Shown: positions 27,980 through 37,796 of the stretch, piece after piece
How positions within the stretch are numbered: position 1 is the first letter of the stretch
Layout of the letters: each line of letters begins with the position of its first letter
Assembly (NCBI GenBank): GCA_964627245.1
Contig: CAZVGS010000002.1
Location: 26,923 to 90,922, forward strand
Source of the DNA: an uncultured Gammaproteobacteria bacterium
GTDB lineage: Bacteria > Patescibacteriota > Microgenomatia > Levybacterales > GWA1-39-11
Length of the DNA stretch: 64,000 bases
Direction of reading: 5' to 3'
Position numbers and translations under genes: made by a program
Notes under the pieces: generated by a model
What the model saw: only the letters and a program-made list of their open reading frames with translations
Told to the model about the DNA's origin: nothing
The model's database searches: none

Positions 27980-30220
27980 ATGTTCACAAAAAAGAAGTAC
28001 TCAAAAGCTCAGCGTCAAGCTCATAAAATCCTTTATCCATTCAGGATGTTTGGTAAAGTAGTAAAGCATCCTTCAATTTTGTTTAGAAGTAAATTACTGC
28101 TTTTGAGCTATTTTATTCTCGCAGTCCCCGTTATTTTAATTGCATCAGCAATTATTCTTGTTTTGAAAGATATTCCAAAGGCAACTGTTATCGGAAGCAA
28201 TAATTTCCCGCAATCAAGCAAGATATACGCAAAAGACGGAACATTGCTTTACACAATCTATGCCGGGAGAAACCAATCCTTCGTGCCACTTTCTAAGATA
28301 CCTAAAGACTTGCAGGAAGCAACCATTGCTATTGAAGATAAAAATTTCTATAAGCATGGGGCAATTGACCTAAGAGGAATTGCAAGAGCAGCTTATGTTA
28401 CGCTCTCGGGTGAGTCATTGCAGGGTGGGTCGACCATAACCCAACAGCTTGTTAGAAACTCTCTTCTTACCCTTGAAAGGACTATCATAAGAAAAGTGAA
28501 AGAGGTGATTTTGTCATTCGTAGTTGAATTCATTTACTCAAAAGATAGAATTCTTGAGATGTATCTTAATCAGGTCTCTTATGGGGGAACAGCTTGGGGA
28601 GTAGAAGCGGCAAGCCAGATATATTTCGGAAAAGACGTTTCGGAGCTGACACTTTCAGAAAGCTCATTTTTAGCGGGTCTTCCGCAGGCGCCAAGCGTAT
28701 ATTCACCATTTGGATCTCATCCTGAGGAAGGAAAGAAAAGACAGCTAAGGGTACTTGCGGCGATGCAGGAGTCGGGGTATATAACTTCAGAAGAAAGAGA
28801 AAAAACCGCAAAAGAGAACTTGAAATTTAACCAAATTCAAACAAATATAATATCCCCTCATTTTGTCTTTTATGTCAAGGATCTTTTAGTACAGGAGTAC
28901 GGAGAAAAGATGGTAGAGCAGGGGGGATTATCGGTAATCACTTCTCTTGATCTTGACGTACAAAAAATTGCAGAAGACGCCATCGCATCAGAAGAGGCTA
29001 CAATCCGCGGTGATAACTGGTACAACGCAGCGGCAATGGTAACAAAACCCGGGACTGGAGAGATATTGGCGATGGTCGGAAGTAGAAATTATTTCGATAG
29101 TGAAAGGGATGGAAATGTAAATGTAACAATTGCCAACAGGCAGCCCGGTTCATCAATAAAGCCAATAAATTATGCAACAGGGCTTATAAAAGGGTATACT
29201 GCTGCAACTCCTTTCGTAGATGAGAAGAAGTGCTTTCCTAACCCTTCAGGAGCACCATATTGCCCTCAAAATTATGACCGGACCTACCACGGCGTACAGC
29301 AAATGAGGTATGCTTTGGCAAACTCATTTAATATTCCAGCTGTCAAAATGCTAAAGCTCAATGGTCTTGAGGCAATGATTGCAACGGCATCGGCAATGGG
29401 AATTACTTCATTCACTGATCCTGACAGATACGGTCTCTCTCTGACCCTTGGCGGTGGGGAAGTAACGATGGTTGAGATGGTGCAAGCTTACGGTGTTTTT
29501 GCAAATTCAGGGTATAAAATAAACCTACACCCCATACTTAAGGTTTCTGATGCCAAAGGTAAAGTATTGAGCCAATACAAACCGGTAGAAAGCCCGCTTT
29601 TGGGAGAAAAGGTTTTACCCGAAGGAGTTGCCTATATCATCTCAAATATTCTGTCTGATAACGGGGCCAGAACACCGTCATTTGGCAGTAATTCTCCGCT
29701 TTTCATAAGAGGATACAATGTGGCGGTCAAGACAGGAACTACAAATGATTACCGTGATAATTGGACAATAGGATATACTCCATCTTACGTTGTTGCCACT
29801 TGGGTTGGGAACAATGACAACACTCCCCTCCAAGGGGTAGTTTCAGGTGTAACAGGTGCGGCTCCAATTTGGAATCAGGTAATGGAAAAGCTTATCACAG
29901 ATAAGCCTGCTGAGAGCTTTTCAAGACCTGATAGTGTTGTCGGAGCAAATGTATGTGCCACTTCCGGACTCTTACCTCAACCGGCAGGATCACCCTATGT
30001 TTGTCCGACAAGGTATGAATACTTTATAAAAGGGACAGTCCCTAACAAGGTAGACCCGCCTACCAGAAAAATATTTATTGATAAAGCGACAGGACAAATA
30101 GCCCCTGAAGGGAAAACAGACAATGTTGAAGAGCGGGACGTGGCTATAACAACCGACCCATTGGGTGATTCTTACTGCACAACATGCCCGAGACAAGAAA
30201 CACCCACCCCTACGCCTTAA
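27980..30220 (+). CDS. class A penicillin-binding protein (transglycosylase/transpeptidase)
   Basis: GT51 motifs EDKNFYKHGAID and GGSTITQQL. Transpeptidase motifs SIKP (SxxK), SFN and KTGT. Confidence 0.85.
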   Translation: MFTKKKYSKAQRQAHKILYPFRMFGKVVKHPSILFRSKLLLLSYFILAVPVILIASAIILVLKDIPKATVIGSNNFPQSSKIYAKDGTLLYTIYAGRNQSFVPLSKIPKDLQEATIAIEDKNFYKHGAIDLRGIARAAYVTLSGESLQGGSTITQQLVRNSLLTLERTIIRKVKEVILSFVVEFIYSKDRILEMYLNQVSYGGTAWGVEAASQIYFGKDVSELTLSESSFLAGLPQAPSVYSPFGSHPEEGKKRQLRVLAAMQESGYITSEEREKTAKENLKFNQIQTNIISPHFVFYVKDLLVQEYGEKMVEQGGLSVITSLDLDVQKIAEDAIASEEATIRGDNWYNAAAMVTKPGTGEILAMVGSRNYFDSERDGNVNVTIANRQPGSSIKPINYATGLIKGYTAATPFVDEKKCFPNPSGAPYCPQNYDRTYHGVQQMRYALANSFNIPAVKMLKLNGLEAMIATASAMGITSFTDPDRYGLSLTLGGGEVTMVEMVQAYGVFANSGYKINLHPILKVSDAKGKVLSQYKPVESPLLGEKVLPEGVAYIISNILSDNGARTPSFGSNSPLFIRGYNVAVKTGTTNDYRDNWTIGYTPSYVVATWVGNNDNTPLQGVVSGVTGAAPIWNQVMEKLITDKPAESFSRPDSVVGANVCATSGLLPQPAGSPYVCPTRYEYFIKGTVPNKVDPPTRKIFIDKATGQIAPEGKTDNVEERDVAITTDPLGDSYCTTCPRQETPTPTP

Positions 30221-31445
30221 AGCTCGCTATCTTCGAATAGCAAAGACCCAACACTATTCCAAGCAATAACTGACCCTGCTGAAGGGTCAGCAGGTAATGA
30301 TCAAAAACTCCAACTGTAAATACACTCAAGAAAAAAACTAAGAGAAGTAAATTGTGTCTTACTTCAACAATAATGTTTTTTATAAACGCCAGTGCGATAA
30401 TAAAACCGGCAATTCCAAGTTGAACTAATACCAGTAGATAAATGTTATGAACAGGCTGAAGAAGGGTGGGGGAAACATTTTTTTGAAATTCTATTTCGTA
30501 ATAGAAGAAGTTATTCAAACCAACGCCAATGATGGGATTTATTAGAAATATTTCCCAAGATATTTTTATAAGATCCATCCTCAGCAAAAGATCAGTTACG
30601 TAACCTGGTCCAAATCTAATAAGCGAAAAAAATATAAATACAATAATAATGATTAACCAAGCAAAGGCTCTTTTCATACTTAATCCAAAATTTTTAATAA
30701 CATAATTTGACCAAATAAAAATAGTAAGAATAAGAAGAATAGAAACAACTCTTGAAAAGGTTATTAATACTCCCAAGAAAAGAATTGCAAGAATACAAAA
30801 TCTAAAATACAACTGATAGTGCTTCTTAAAATCTAAGGAGAAAAGAATGACACTAAATCCGAATAAGAGATAAAAAGATGCTACGTTAGGGTGGGGAAAA
30901 GTGCCATAAGGTCTTAAAAGTAAAGTTTCGTTGAAAGGAAAAAGTGCAATTCCGGGAGTAGATACACTAAAAGTCCGCTCTCCCAAATAATAAAAAGGCC
31001 CGCCAAGGGATGCTTGCGATAGGAATTGAAATAGTAAGATAACGCTTTCGCATATTCCTCCCAGCGTTAGCGCGACAATTAAAAAATACTTATCATCCTT
31101 TATATTTTGGGCAACGTAAAACGCAAAGTAGATTATTTTTAGAAAAGTCAGTATCCCATAAAACGCTGCAATCGGAGACATGGCTTGTATGGCAGAGACA
31201 ATAGATACTAGAAGAAGAATAATAGTAATTCGTTTTTTTAGTACCTGAAATAGCTTTTTATACAACCTTTTCAAGGAAATAATCAAAAGCAAAAACAGAA
31301 ATATATCACTTAAGTAGAGGGTTGGAGAAAGATAATCTACCCTTATACCTTGTACATATGCAAAATTCGGCCAGAAGTGCTTGCCTAATTGTATTGGAAT
31401 TGCTGTGAGCAGGAGGAAAAAAATTATCCGCTCTAGTTGTCTCAC
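30210..31445 (-). CDS. O-antigen ligase/polymerase family membrane protein
   Basis: Polytopic membrane protein with a Wzy_C-like segment PVHNIYLLVLVQLGIAG. Confidence 0.55.
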   Translation of the reverse strand: MRQLERIIFFLLLTAIPIQLGKHFWPNFAYVQGIRVDYLSPTLYLSDIFLFLLLIISLKRLYKKLFQVLKKRITIILLLVSIVSAIQAMSPIAAFYGILTFLKIIYFAFYVAQNIKDDKYFLIVALTLGGICESVILLFQFLSQASLGGPFYYLGERTFSVSTPGIALFPFNETLLLRPYGTFPHPNVASFYLLFGFSVILFSLDFKKHYQLYFRFCILAILFLGVLITFSRVVSILLILTIFIWSNYVIKNFGLSMKRAFAWLIIIIVFIFFSLIRFGPGYVTDLLLRMDLIKISWEIFLINPIIGVGLNNFFYYEIEFQKNVSPTLLQPVHNIYLLVLVQLGIAGFIIALAFIKNIIVEVRHNLLLLVFFLSVFTVGVFDHYLLTLQQGQLLLGIVLGLCYSKIASFKA

Positions 31446-31936
31446 TTACGCTTAATTATAAGAGTCCTGTCGCGATCTTCGCCTATCGATTCTGTCGTAA
31501 CCATGTCATCCTTTTCAAGATACAAATGGACATAGCGTCGTTCCCATGGCTTTAACCCTCTTACCTGCTTTTCATATCCGGCCGTTACAACCTCTTCTTT
31601 TAATTTATCGGCTAAATTTTCAAGATATTTTTCACGTTCTGCTCTATAACTTCCCACTTCAACAGTTACTCTTCTAAATTCACCCAATTTATTCGAAATG
31701 ATTAGGGTTAAAATCAACTCAAATGAAGAAAGCGTATTTCCGTGTTTTCCTATAAGAAGAGCGTTATCTTCCCCTGCATCAAAAGTCGCTGTAAACCCCT
31801 CGTCGGTTGTATCAACATTGACATCCGCTTTTATCCCTATTTTTAGAAGTAGTGCTTCTGCTTCTTCTTTTATTACCTTACTTTCTTTTTCCATAGTTTT
31901 TTTCATAATAGGCTTGCCATTGCTTAAGTCCTCCAA
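31442..31936 (-). CDS. jag: Jag/KhpB RNA-binding protein (KH + R3H)
   Basis: KH-like region and a C-terminal R3H-like LKPWERRYVHLYL. Located downstream of yidC, as is typical. Confidence 0.7.
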   Translation of the reverse strand: MEDLSNGKPIMKKTMEKESKVIKEEAEALLLKIGIKADVNVDTTDEGFTATFDAGEDNALLIGKHGNTLSSFELILTLIISNKLGEFRRVTVEVGSYRAEREKYLENLADKLKEEVVTAGYEKQVRGLKPWERRYVHLYLEKDDMVTTESIGEDRDRTLIIKRK

Positions 31937-32693
31937 GACCTACTAAAAAGTACTGCTGAAGTATACCAAATACTGTGAATGCATTCCAGTACAAAGACAG
32001 TCCAAAAGGAAGCTGGAAGGAAAAGACTCCAATCATAACGGGGAAAATAAATAATGACTGCTTAGCAAAGGTCGCCTGGAAATCGTCTTGTTTTGCCTTA
32101 TGTGCCCTTTCAGGAGCCATCATCTTGGAAAAAATTAGCTGTAGAACGCCTGTCAAAACAGGAACAAGTATTATCAAAGGATTTTGCTGCATAAGGGATG
32201 CAGGAGATTGAGCAAGCGGAATGCCAAAAAATGTAGTTTCCCAAAGCCTGTTGAGTTTTAGTCCTTCAAAATAAATAAGATGGTTTATTTCCTTAAGCTT
32301 CTCTAGGGAATTGGCCGAGACTGCGGTGCTCAAAACGTGATATAATCCCCATATTATCGGAATTTGAGCGATCACGGGGAGACATCCTGCAGCAGGATTT
32401 ACACCAAACTTAGCATACAGCTTCATCATTTCTTCCTGTTGTTTTTTCTTATCATCCTTGTGCTTTTCCTTAAGATTTGAGATGTGAGGAGCCATGTCCA
32501 GCATTTTTTTACTCATCTTAATTTGTGAAGCGGTTAATGGGAAAAGAATAACTCTTATTGCAAATGTCAGAATAATAATTGAAAAACCCAATGCATAAGG
32601 GATATGCAATAAACTCAACAACTGATAAAAACCTACCAAAAGGTTTGTTATTGGCTGATTGATAATAAGGTTGAATATGTCAAAAATGTTCAT
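31878..32693 (-). CDS. yidC: membrane protein insertase YidC (short form)
   Basis: Polytopic 271-aa protein at the conserved position after rnpA. 60 kDa_IMP core. Confidence 0.8.
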   Translation of the reverse strand: MNIFDIFNLIINQPITNLLVGFYQLLSLLHIPYALGFSIIILTFAIRVILFPLTASQIKMSKKMLDMAPHISNLKEKHKDDKKKQQEEMMKLYAKFGVNPAAGCLPVIAQIPIIWGLYHVLSTAVSANSLEKLKEINHLIYFEGLKLNRLWETTFFGIPLAQSPASLMQQNPLIILVPVLTGVLQLIFSKMMAPERAHKAKQDDFQATFAKQSLFIFPVMIGVFSFQLPFGLSLYWNAFTVFGILQQYFLVGLGGLKQWQAYYEKNYGKRK

Positions 32694-33013
32694 TATTTTA
32701 TATTTAGCTTGTCAAATACCTGCTGCAAATCCTTATATACTGATTCAGACTCTTCGGTCTTGACTTGTTTTTTTGCGTAAATAACTAACCTAAAATTCGC
32801 GTCGGTTGAAACAGACTTTTTTACAAAAGCTACAATTTTTCTTTTTATCTTGTTTCTAAGGGTTGCCCTTTTATCTACTTTCTTGCCGACGACTACTGCA
32901 ACCTCCAATCCGTTTTCCGCATTATTATCGTATCTAATAGCAAAAAATGGCGTCTGGAAATATTTTTTTGGAACGCCTTTTCTAAAAGAGAATCTATTTT
33001 GTCTTCCAAACAT
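32693..33013 (-). CDS. rnpA: ribonuclease P protein component
   Basis: 106-aa basic protein (FSFRKG, KRATLRNKIKR) immediately downstream of rpmH. Confidence 0.8.
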   Translation of the reverse strand: MFGRQNRFSFRKGVPKKYFQTPFFAIRYDNNAENGLEVAVVVGKKVDKRATLRNKIKRKIVAFVKKSVSTDANFRLVIYAKKQVKTEESESVYKDLQQVFDKLNIK

Positions 33014-33144
33014 TAAACCGACTTTCTTCCCTTTTTAACTCTTCGCTTTATAACTTTTTTACCAGACGCGGTTTTTAGTCTACCCAAAAAACCGTGCTTT
33101 TTAGCCCCCTTCTTTTTATTGTTTTTGGTAAGCAATTCTGTCAT
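33013..33144 (-). CDS. rpmH: 50S ribosomal protein L34
   Basis: Translates to MTELLTKNNKKKGAKKHGFLGRLKTASGKKVIKRRVKKGRKSV, matching the L34 consensus pattern. The stop overlaps the rnpA start (TAATG). Absent from the ORF track because it is under 60 aa. Confidence 0.75.
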   Translation of the reverse strand: MTELLTKNNKKKGAKKHGFLGRLKTASGKKVIKRRVKKGRKSV

Positions 33145-33156
33145 AAGGTCTAATTA

Positions 33157-33201
33157 TAGCTGATAAGCTTCAAAAAGGAAACACTCAAAGCTTATCAGCT
33201 A
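33157..33201. promoter_or_regulatory. 14-bp perfect inverted repeat in the rpmH/gap divergent intergenic region
   Basis: tagctgataagctt-N17-aagcttatcagcta read directly from the sequence. Upstream of both divergent genes, so operator-like rather than a terminator. Confidence 0.45.
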
Positions 33202-33280
33202 AATGTGTATTTTTAGCAAAATATAGTTGCGCGGCTATTTGTGTATTGAATTCCCTCTGATTTTCTTCTACGATTAGTAC

Positions 33281-34366
33281 ATGGTGCGTGTTGCAATTAA
33301 TGGGTATGGCAGAATCGGCCGTATTGCTCATAGGATAATTATTGAAAAATTTTCAGATCAAATCGAGGTAGTTGCTGTCAATGCTGGCTCTTCAACCGAC
33401 ATGGAAGGATGGAAACTTCTTCTACAATACGATACGAATTACGGACCGCTCAAGCATCACTCACTATTCGTTCAAAAACCTGAGGAAGCAGAGAATGATA
33501 CGGCACTTGCAACAATTGGAAGCCTTATAATTGATGATAAAGTAATTCCATTTTATTCTGAAAAGGATCCTACAAAACTTCCCTGGGGAGAATTGAACGT
33601 TGATGTTGTTATAGAGTCCACAGGGGCTTTCACAACACAGGAAAAAATTCAGCCTCACTTGGACAGCGGAGCAAAATCAGTTATTTTATCTGCACCCTTC
33701 AAGGATGAGAATAGCAGTTCGACTTATGTTCTTGGAGTCAATCTTAATGAAGATGAGGGAGATAAACTTGAAAATATAATCAGTAACGCCTCATGTACAA
33801 CAAATTGCATAGCGCCGGTTGCAGCAATTTTACAAAATACATTCGGTATAGAAAAAGCTATGATGACAACGATACATTCATACACTTCAGACCAAAGCAT
33901 TCAGGATGGCGGCCACAAAGATTATAGAAGGGCTCGCGCAGCCGCTCAAAACATCATTCCCACATCCTCAGGAGCCACTATTGCTGCTGCAAAGGCTATC
34001 CCCGAGCTTCAAGGTATATTTAATGGACTTGCTATACGTGTTCCAACAGCAGTCGGATCTCTATCGGATTTTACATTTTTACTTAAGAGAGAGACTACCG
34101 TTGAAGAAGTAAATAATGTTCTAAAACAGGCATCGGAAGACGTAAGGTGGAAGGGAATTTTTACCGTTACAAATGACCCTATTGTCTCATCAGACATAAT
34201 AGGCGACCCTCATTCCTCTATAGCCGATCTCTCTCTTACCCAAGTTGTTGGAGGAAATATGGTAAAAGTGATTGCATGGTATGATAATGAGTACGGCTAT
34301 TCCAATAGACTGATTGAAGAAACTCTCATTCTTGGAAGAAAAGCTCAATCTGCTCCACAACAATAA
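33281..34366 (+). CDS. gap: glyceraldehyde-3-phosphate dehydrogenase
   Basis: INGYGRIGR NAD-binding motif and active site SNASCTTNCIAP. Confidence 0.9.
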   Translation: MVRVAINGYGRIGRIAHRIIIEKFSDQIEVVAVNAGSSTDMEGWKLLLQYDTNYGPLKHHSLFVQKPEEAENDTALATIGSLIIDDKVIPFYSEKDPTKLPWGELNVDVVIESTGAFTTQEKIQPHLDSGAKSVILSAPFKDENSSSTYVLGVNLNEDEGDKLENIISNASCTTNCIAPVAAILQNTFGIEKAMMTTIHSYTSDQSIQDGGHKDYRRARAAAQNIIPTSSGATIAAAKAIPELQGIFNGLAIRVPTAVGSLSDFTFLLKRETTVEEVNNVLKQASEDVRWKGIFTVTNDPIVSSDIIGDPHSSIADLSLTQVVGGNMVKVIAWYDNEYGYSNRLIEETLILGRKAQSAPQQ

Positions 34367-34368
34367 AA

Positions 34369-34938
34369 ATGGATCCCAGAGACCTAGGCAATATTCGCAA
34401 TATTACCGTTTCAGGAAGAATAGGAAGCGGTGCAACTACATTGGCGCAAAACCTGGCTGATTTTTTGTACTGGGACGTTTTAGATGGAGGCAAAATATTT
34501 AGACAATTGACAAACGACCATGGATTTGCCGGAAATAGGGATGACAAATTTGATCTTGAATATGAGGAAAAGGTTAAAAAAATTCTAAGAGAAGAGTCTC
34601 ACCATGTAATCCAGAGCCATCTGGCAGGATTTGATGCACAAGAAATTAGTGGAATTTTTAAGATATTTGTTGTGTGTGAAGATAAGAATGGGAAAGACAA
34701 GGCTGATGTCAGAATCGATAGGCTGGTCAACAGGGATGAAGTGACTGTTGATCAAGCAAAACACGAGCTAAAAGAGCGGGATAGGCAAAATCTTGACAAA
34801 TGGAGGAGGCTATACGCTAATAATGATCCCAATTGGGTTTATTGGGATAAGAAATACTACGACCTTATTATTAACACTTTTCAACTCAACAAGATTGACG
34901 CATTTGAAGCAGTACTAAAGAAACTCGGCCTAAAATGA
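34369..34938 (+). CDS. P-loop NMP kinase, cytidylate kinase-like
   Basis: P-loop GRIGSGATTLAQNLA and LDGGKIFR, resembling the Cmk LDSGAxYR motif. Confidence 0.5.
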   Translation: MDPRDLGNIRNITVSGRIGSGATTLAQNLADFLYWDVLDGGKIFRQLTNDHGFAGNRDDKFDLEYEEKVKKILREESHHVIQSHLAGFDAQEISGIFKIFVVCEDKNGKDKADVRIDRLVNRDEVTVDQAKHELKERDRQNLDKWRRLYANNDPNWVYWDKKYYDLIINTFQLNKIDAFEAVLKKLGLK

Positions 34939-35295
34939 ACTGACATTTTCTATTTGTTCGATAGAAATAATTTCATCCCCCTTAACCATTATCCCAATAG
35001 CGTCAATTCTAAGGTCGTCAGGAAGCTCGGGATGCAATATATACTTATAATACTTTGCGCCTGCTAACAGTTTTTTTAACTTCCTGGAAGAAATTGCTTC
35101 AAATGGAGTACCAAATCTTTCGGATGACCTAGTCTTTACCTCGACAAAAACCAGAGTGTTTTCTTGGATTGCAACAATATCTATTTCTCCATAACCCTTC
35201 CTGAAATTACGCTCTATAATCTCGTATCCTTTCTTTTCAAGATATCTGCATGCTGCATTTTCTCCCAAAACAGCCGTTGGATTTACTATCCTCAT
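34930..35295 (-). CDS. yraN: YraN family (UPF0102) endonuclease
   Basis: GE(I/V)D..VFVEVK.R motif typical of the UPF0102 family, 121 aa. Confidence 0.75.
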   Translation of the reverse strand: MRIVNPTAVLGENAACRYLEKKGYEIIERNFRKGYGEIDIVAIQENTLVFVEVKTRSSERFGTPFEAISSRKLKKLLAGAKYYKYILHPELPDDLRIDAIGIMVKGDEIISIEQIENVSSF

Positions 35296-35337
35296 ATTTA
35301 ATTCTACAAACTAAAAGCTAAAAACCTCAAGCTTAAT

Positions 35338-37662
35338 TTATTGTTGTTGAAATGTAGGGGTCGGAATTCTGTATCGGCAAAATTCTTTAGTCTCAGTACC
35401 GGATATAAAAAATGCAGTGTACCCGTAACAAGGCTTTGAAACTATATTCAAAGGAACGTATTCTTCAGCAGGTTCTGTCGTTGCAATAAGGTTGTTCATA
35501 ATTCTGCTCCACACAGGAGCTGCCCCTGTTATTCCGGAAGATAAGGCTTGTGAGAGGGGAGTATTGTCATTATTACCAACCCACGTCGCAACTAGTAAAT
35601 TTGGGGTGTATCCGATCGTCCAGTTGTCTCTTTTGTTATCCGTCGTTCCTGTCTTAACAGAGACTTTGCGCTCAGGAATTGACAATGGCGAATTTGGTCC
35701 GAAGCTTAGACTTCTAGCCTTATTATCTGCCAGAATATCAGAGACTATATAAGCAACACCTTCATCCAAAACTTCTTCTTCCTTTGGGTTTTTTTCATAA
35801 AGTATTTTACCCTCAGAATCTGTAACCTTGAGAATAGGATCTATCTCAACTCTTACTCCTCTGTTGGCAACCGTTCCATAAACCGTTGCCAGGTCGGTCA
35901 TACTAACCTCTGCTGCACCCAATGTGATTGAAACTCCATATCTTTCAGTTTCATTCCATGATGTTATTCCCATCTTCTTTCCAAAATCTACAATTTGCTC
36001 AACACCGAATTTCTGCGCCACACGCACTGCTGGCACATTATATGAATTAGCAAATGCAATTCTTAATGGAACTTTCCCATGATACTTCCCGTCATAATTA
36101 ACAGGTGAGTACGAAGGCGCTCCAGGATTTCTAATTGTTAACGGCGTATCATCAAGCATGGTTGCTTCAGTCATGCCGCTTGAGAGAGCCAGTGAGTAGG
36201 TAATAATTTTTATTGTTGACCCTGGCTGCCTAAGACTGGTTACAACGTTAACGTTCCCGTCGTGTTCCAGATCAAAGTAATCACGGCTTCCAACCATTGC
36301 TAAAATGTCACCATTTTGAGGATTTGTGACAAGAGCAGCACCATTCCCGACACCAAGATTTCCAGCTTTATCCACCTCATCAGAAACTATCTCTTCAGAA
36401 ATCTTCTGTGTATTTGCATCAAGGCTTGTTGTAACCTGCAGACCACCCCTTTCAACCTCTAAAAGACCGTACTTTTTTATCAAGAGATCTTTTATATACA
36501 TTACAAAATGAGGTGCTTGAATCGGAACCTGAGGAGAATCAAACTTAAGCTCTTCAAGATATGCCTGATTTGCTACATTTTGAGATATAAAACCTTGGGT
36601 AACCATAGCATTCAAAACATCTCTTTGCCTTGCTTTGCCTTTATCTCCACCATTCATGAAAGGCGAGTATCTTGAGGGTGCTTGCGGAAGGCCGGCAAGG
36701 TATGCACTTTCGGAAAGACTTAGTTCTGAAACGCTTTTTCCAAAATATATTTGACTCGCGGCTTCAATTCCCCAGGCTGTTCCACCATAAGGAACGTAAT
36801 TAAAGTAAAGCTCAAGTATTTCATTTTTTGTGTATTTTTGCTCTGCCCAAAATGCCAGAACAATTTCCTTTGCCTTCCTTGAAATTGTAGGCTCAGGCGT
36901 TAAAAGAGCTGATTTTACTAGCTGCTGGGTAATCGTTGATCCTCCCTGAAAGTCTTTTCCAGTAACATCAACATAAATTGCTCTTGCAATACCTTTTATA
37001 TCAAATCCGCTATGTCTATAAAAATCTTTATCTTCAATTGCAATCGTTGCCTCTACAAGATATCTTGGGATTTTATCAAGAGCAACAATCGTTCTGTTTT
37101 GATTGGCATATATCTCAAATAGTAAGGTTCCGTTTCTATCAAAAATTTTTGTAGTTTTAGCAATATAATTCAACGAGAGGCTCGATAGCTTCGGCAGGTC
37201 TGAAATAAAAATTAGGAGCGTCGCAGGTATAAAAAAGAAAACAAGAGCAAAAATCATTCCGATAAAGATATACTTAACTTTGTAAAAAATTGTGGTGTTT
37301 ACTGGTTTCTCCTCCTTTTTCTTTTTCTTATTTTTATTATTTCGGAAAATTGATAGAAAAAATGCAACTGGGGAAAATATAACTAGGGTAATTTTCAATA
37401 TTATCCTGCTTGTGTGTCTAACAATACCTAAGATAATACTGCCTAACTTTATCGTTATGTTCGAAAATAAATCGAAGAAACTTAAGTTATTTCGTCTTAT
37501 AGTTTTTGCGCTACTTTTGCTTTTTTCCTTTTTTAGATTTGCCCAAGTTCTACTCAACAACTGCAATAAAAAGGGCGGGAATATCAAAACGCGGTACGCA
37601 ACATCGCCTAATTTGATGAGGGCAAATATAAATAGATAGAATAAAAAGATCAGAAAAGACAT
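35338..37662 (-). CDS. class A penicillin-binding protein (second copy)
   Basis: N-terminal TM. GT51 motifs EDKDFYRHSGFD and GGSTITQQL. Transpeptidase motifs STIK and KTGT. Confidence 0.85.
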   Translation of the reverse strand: MSFLIFLFYLFIFALIKLGDVAYRVLIFPPFLLQLLSRTWANLKKEKSKSSAKTIRRNNLSFFDLFSNITIKLGSIILGIVRHTSRIILKITLVIFSPVAFFLSIFRNNKNKKKKKEEKPVNTTIFYKVKYIFIGMIFALVFFFIPATLLIFISDLPKLSSLSLNYIAKTTKIFDRNGTLLFEIYANQNRTIVALDKIPRYLVEATIAIEDKDFYRHSGFDIKGIARAIYVDVTGKDFQGGSTITQQLVKSALLTPEPTISRKAKEIVLAFWAEQKYTKNEILELYFNYVPYGGTAWGIEAASQIYFGKSVSELSLSESAYLAGLPQAPSRYSPFMNGGDKGKARQRDVLNAMVTQGFISQNVANQAYLEELKFDSPQVPIQAPHFVMYIKDLLIKKYGLLEVERGGLQVTTSLDANTQKISEEIVSDEVDKAGNLGVGNGAALVTNPQNGDILAMVGSRDYFDLEHDGNVNVVTSLRQPGSTIKIITYSLALSSGMTEATMLDDTPLTIRNPGAPSYSPVNYDGKYHGKVPLRIAFANSYNVPAVRVAQKFGVEQIVDFGKKMGITSWNETERYGVSITLGAAEVSMTDLATVYGTVANRGVRVEIDPILKVTDSEGKILYEKNPKEEEVLDEGVAYIVSDILADNKARSLSFGPNSPLSIPERKVSVKTGTTDNKRDNWTIGYTPNLLVATWVGNNDNTPLSQALSSGITGAAPVWSRIMNNLIATTEPAEEYVPLNIVSKPCYGYTAFFISGTETKEFCRYRIPTPTFQQQ

Positions 37663-37796
37663 AGAGCCTCCTAGATTTTGTGATAAATTCTAACAGAGGG
37701 CAGTAAAATCTGTTTGTCTAATAGTAGTATAGTAATTTAGTCCCCAGTTATCAACAGGTAATTTGCTTTAGTCTTAATATGTAATACAATGATTTT

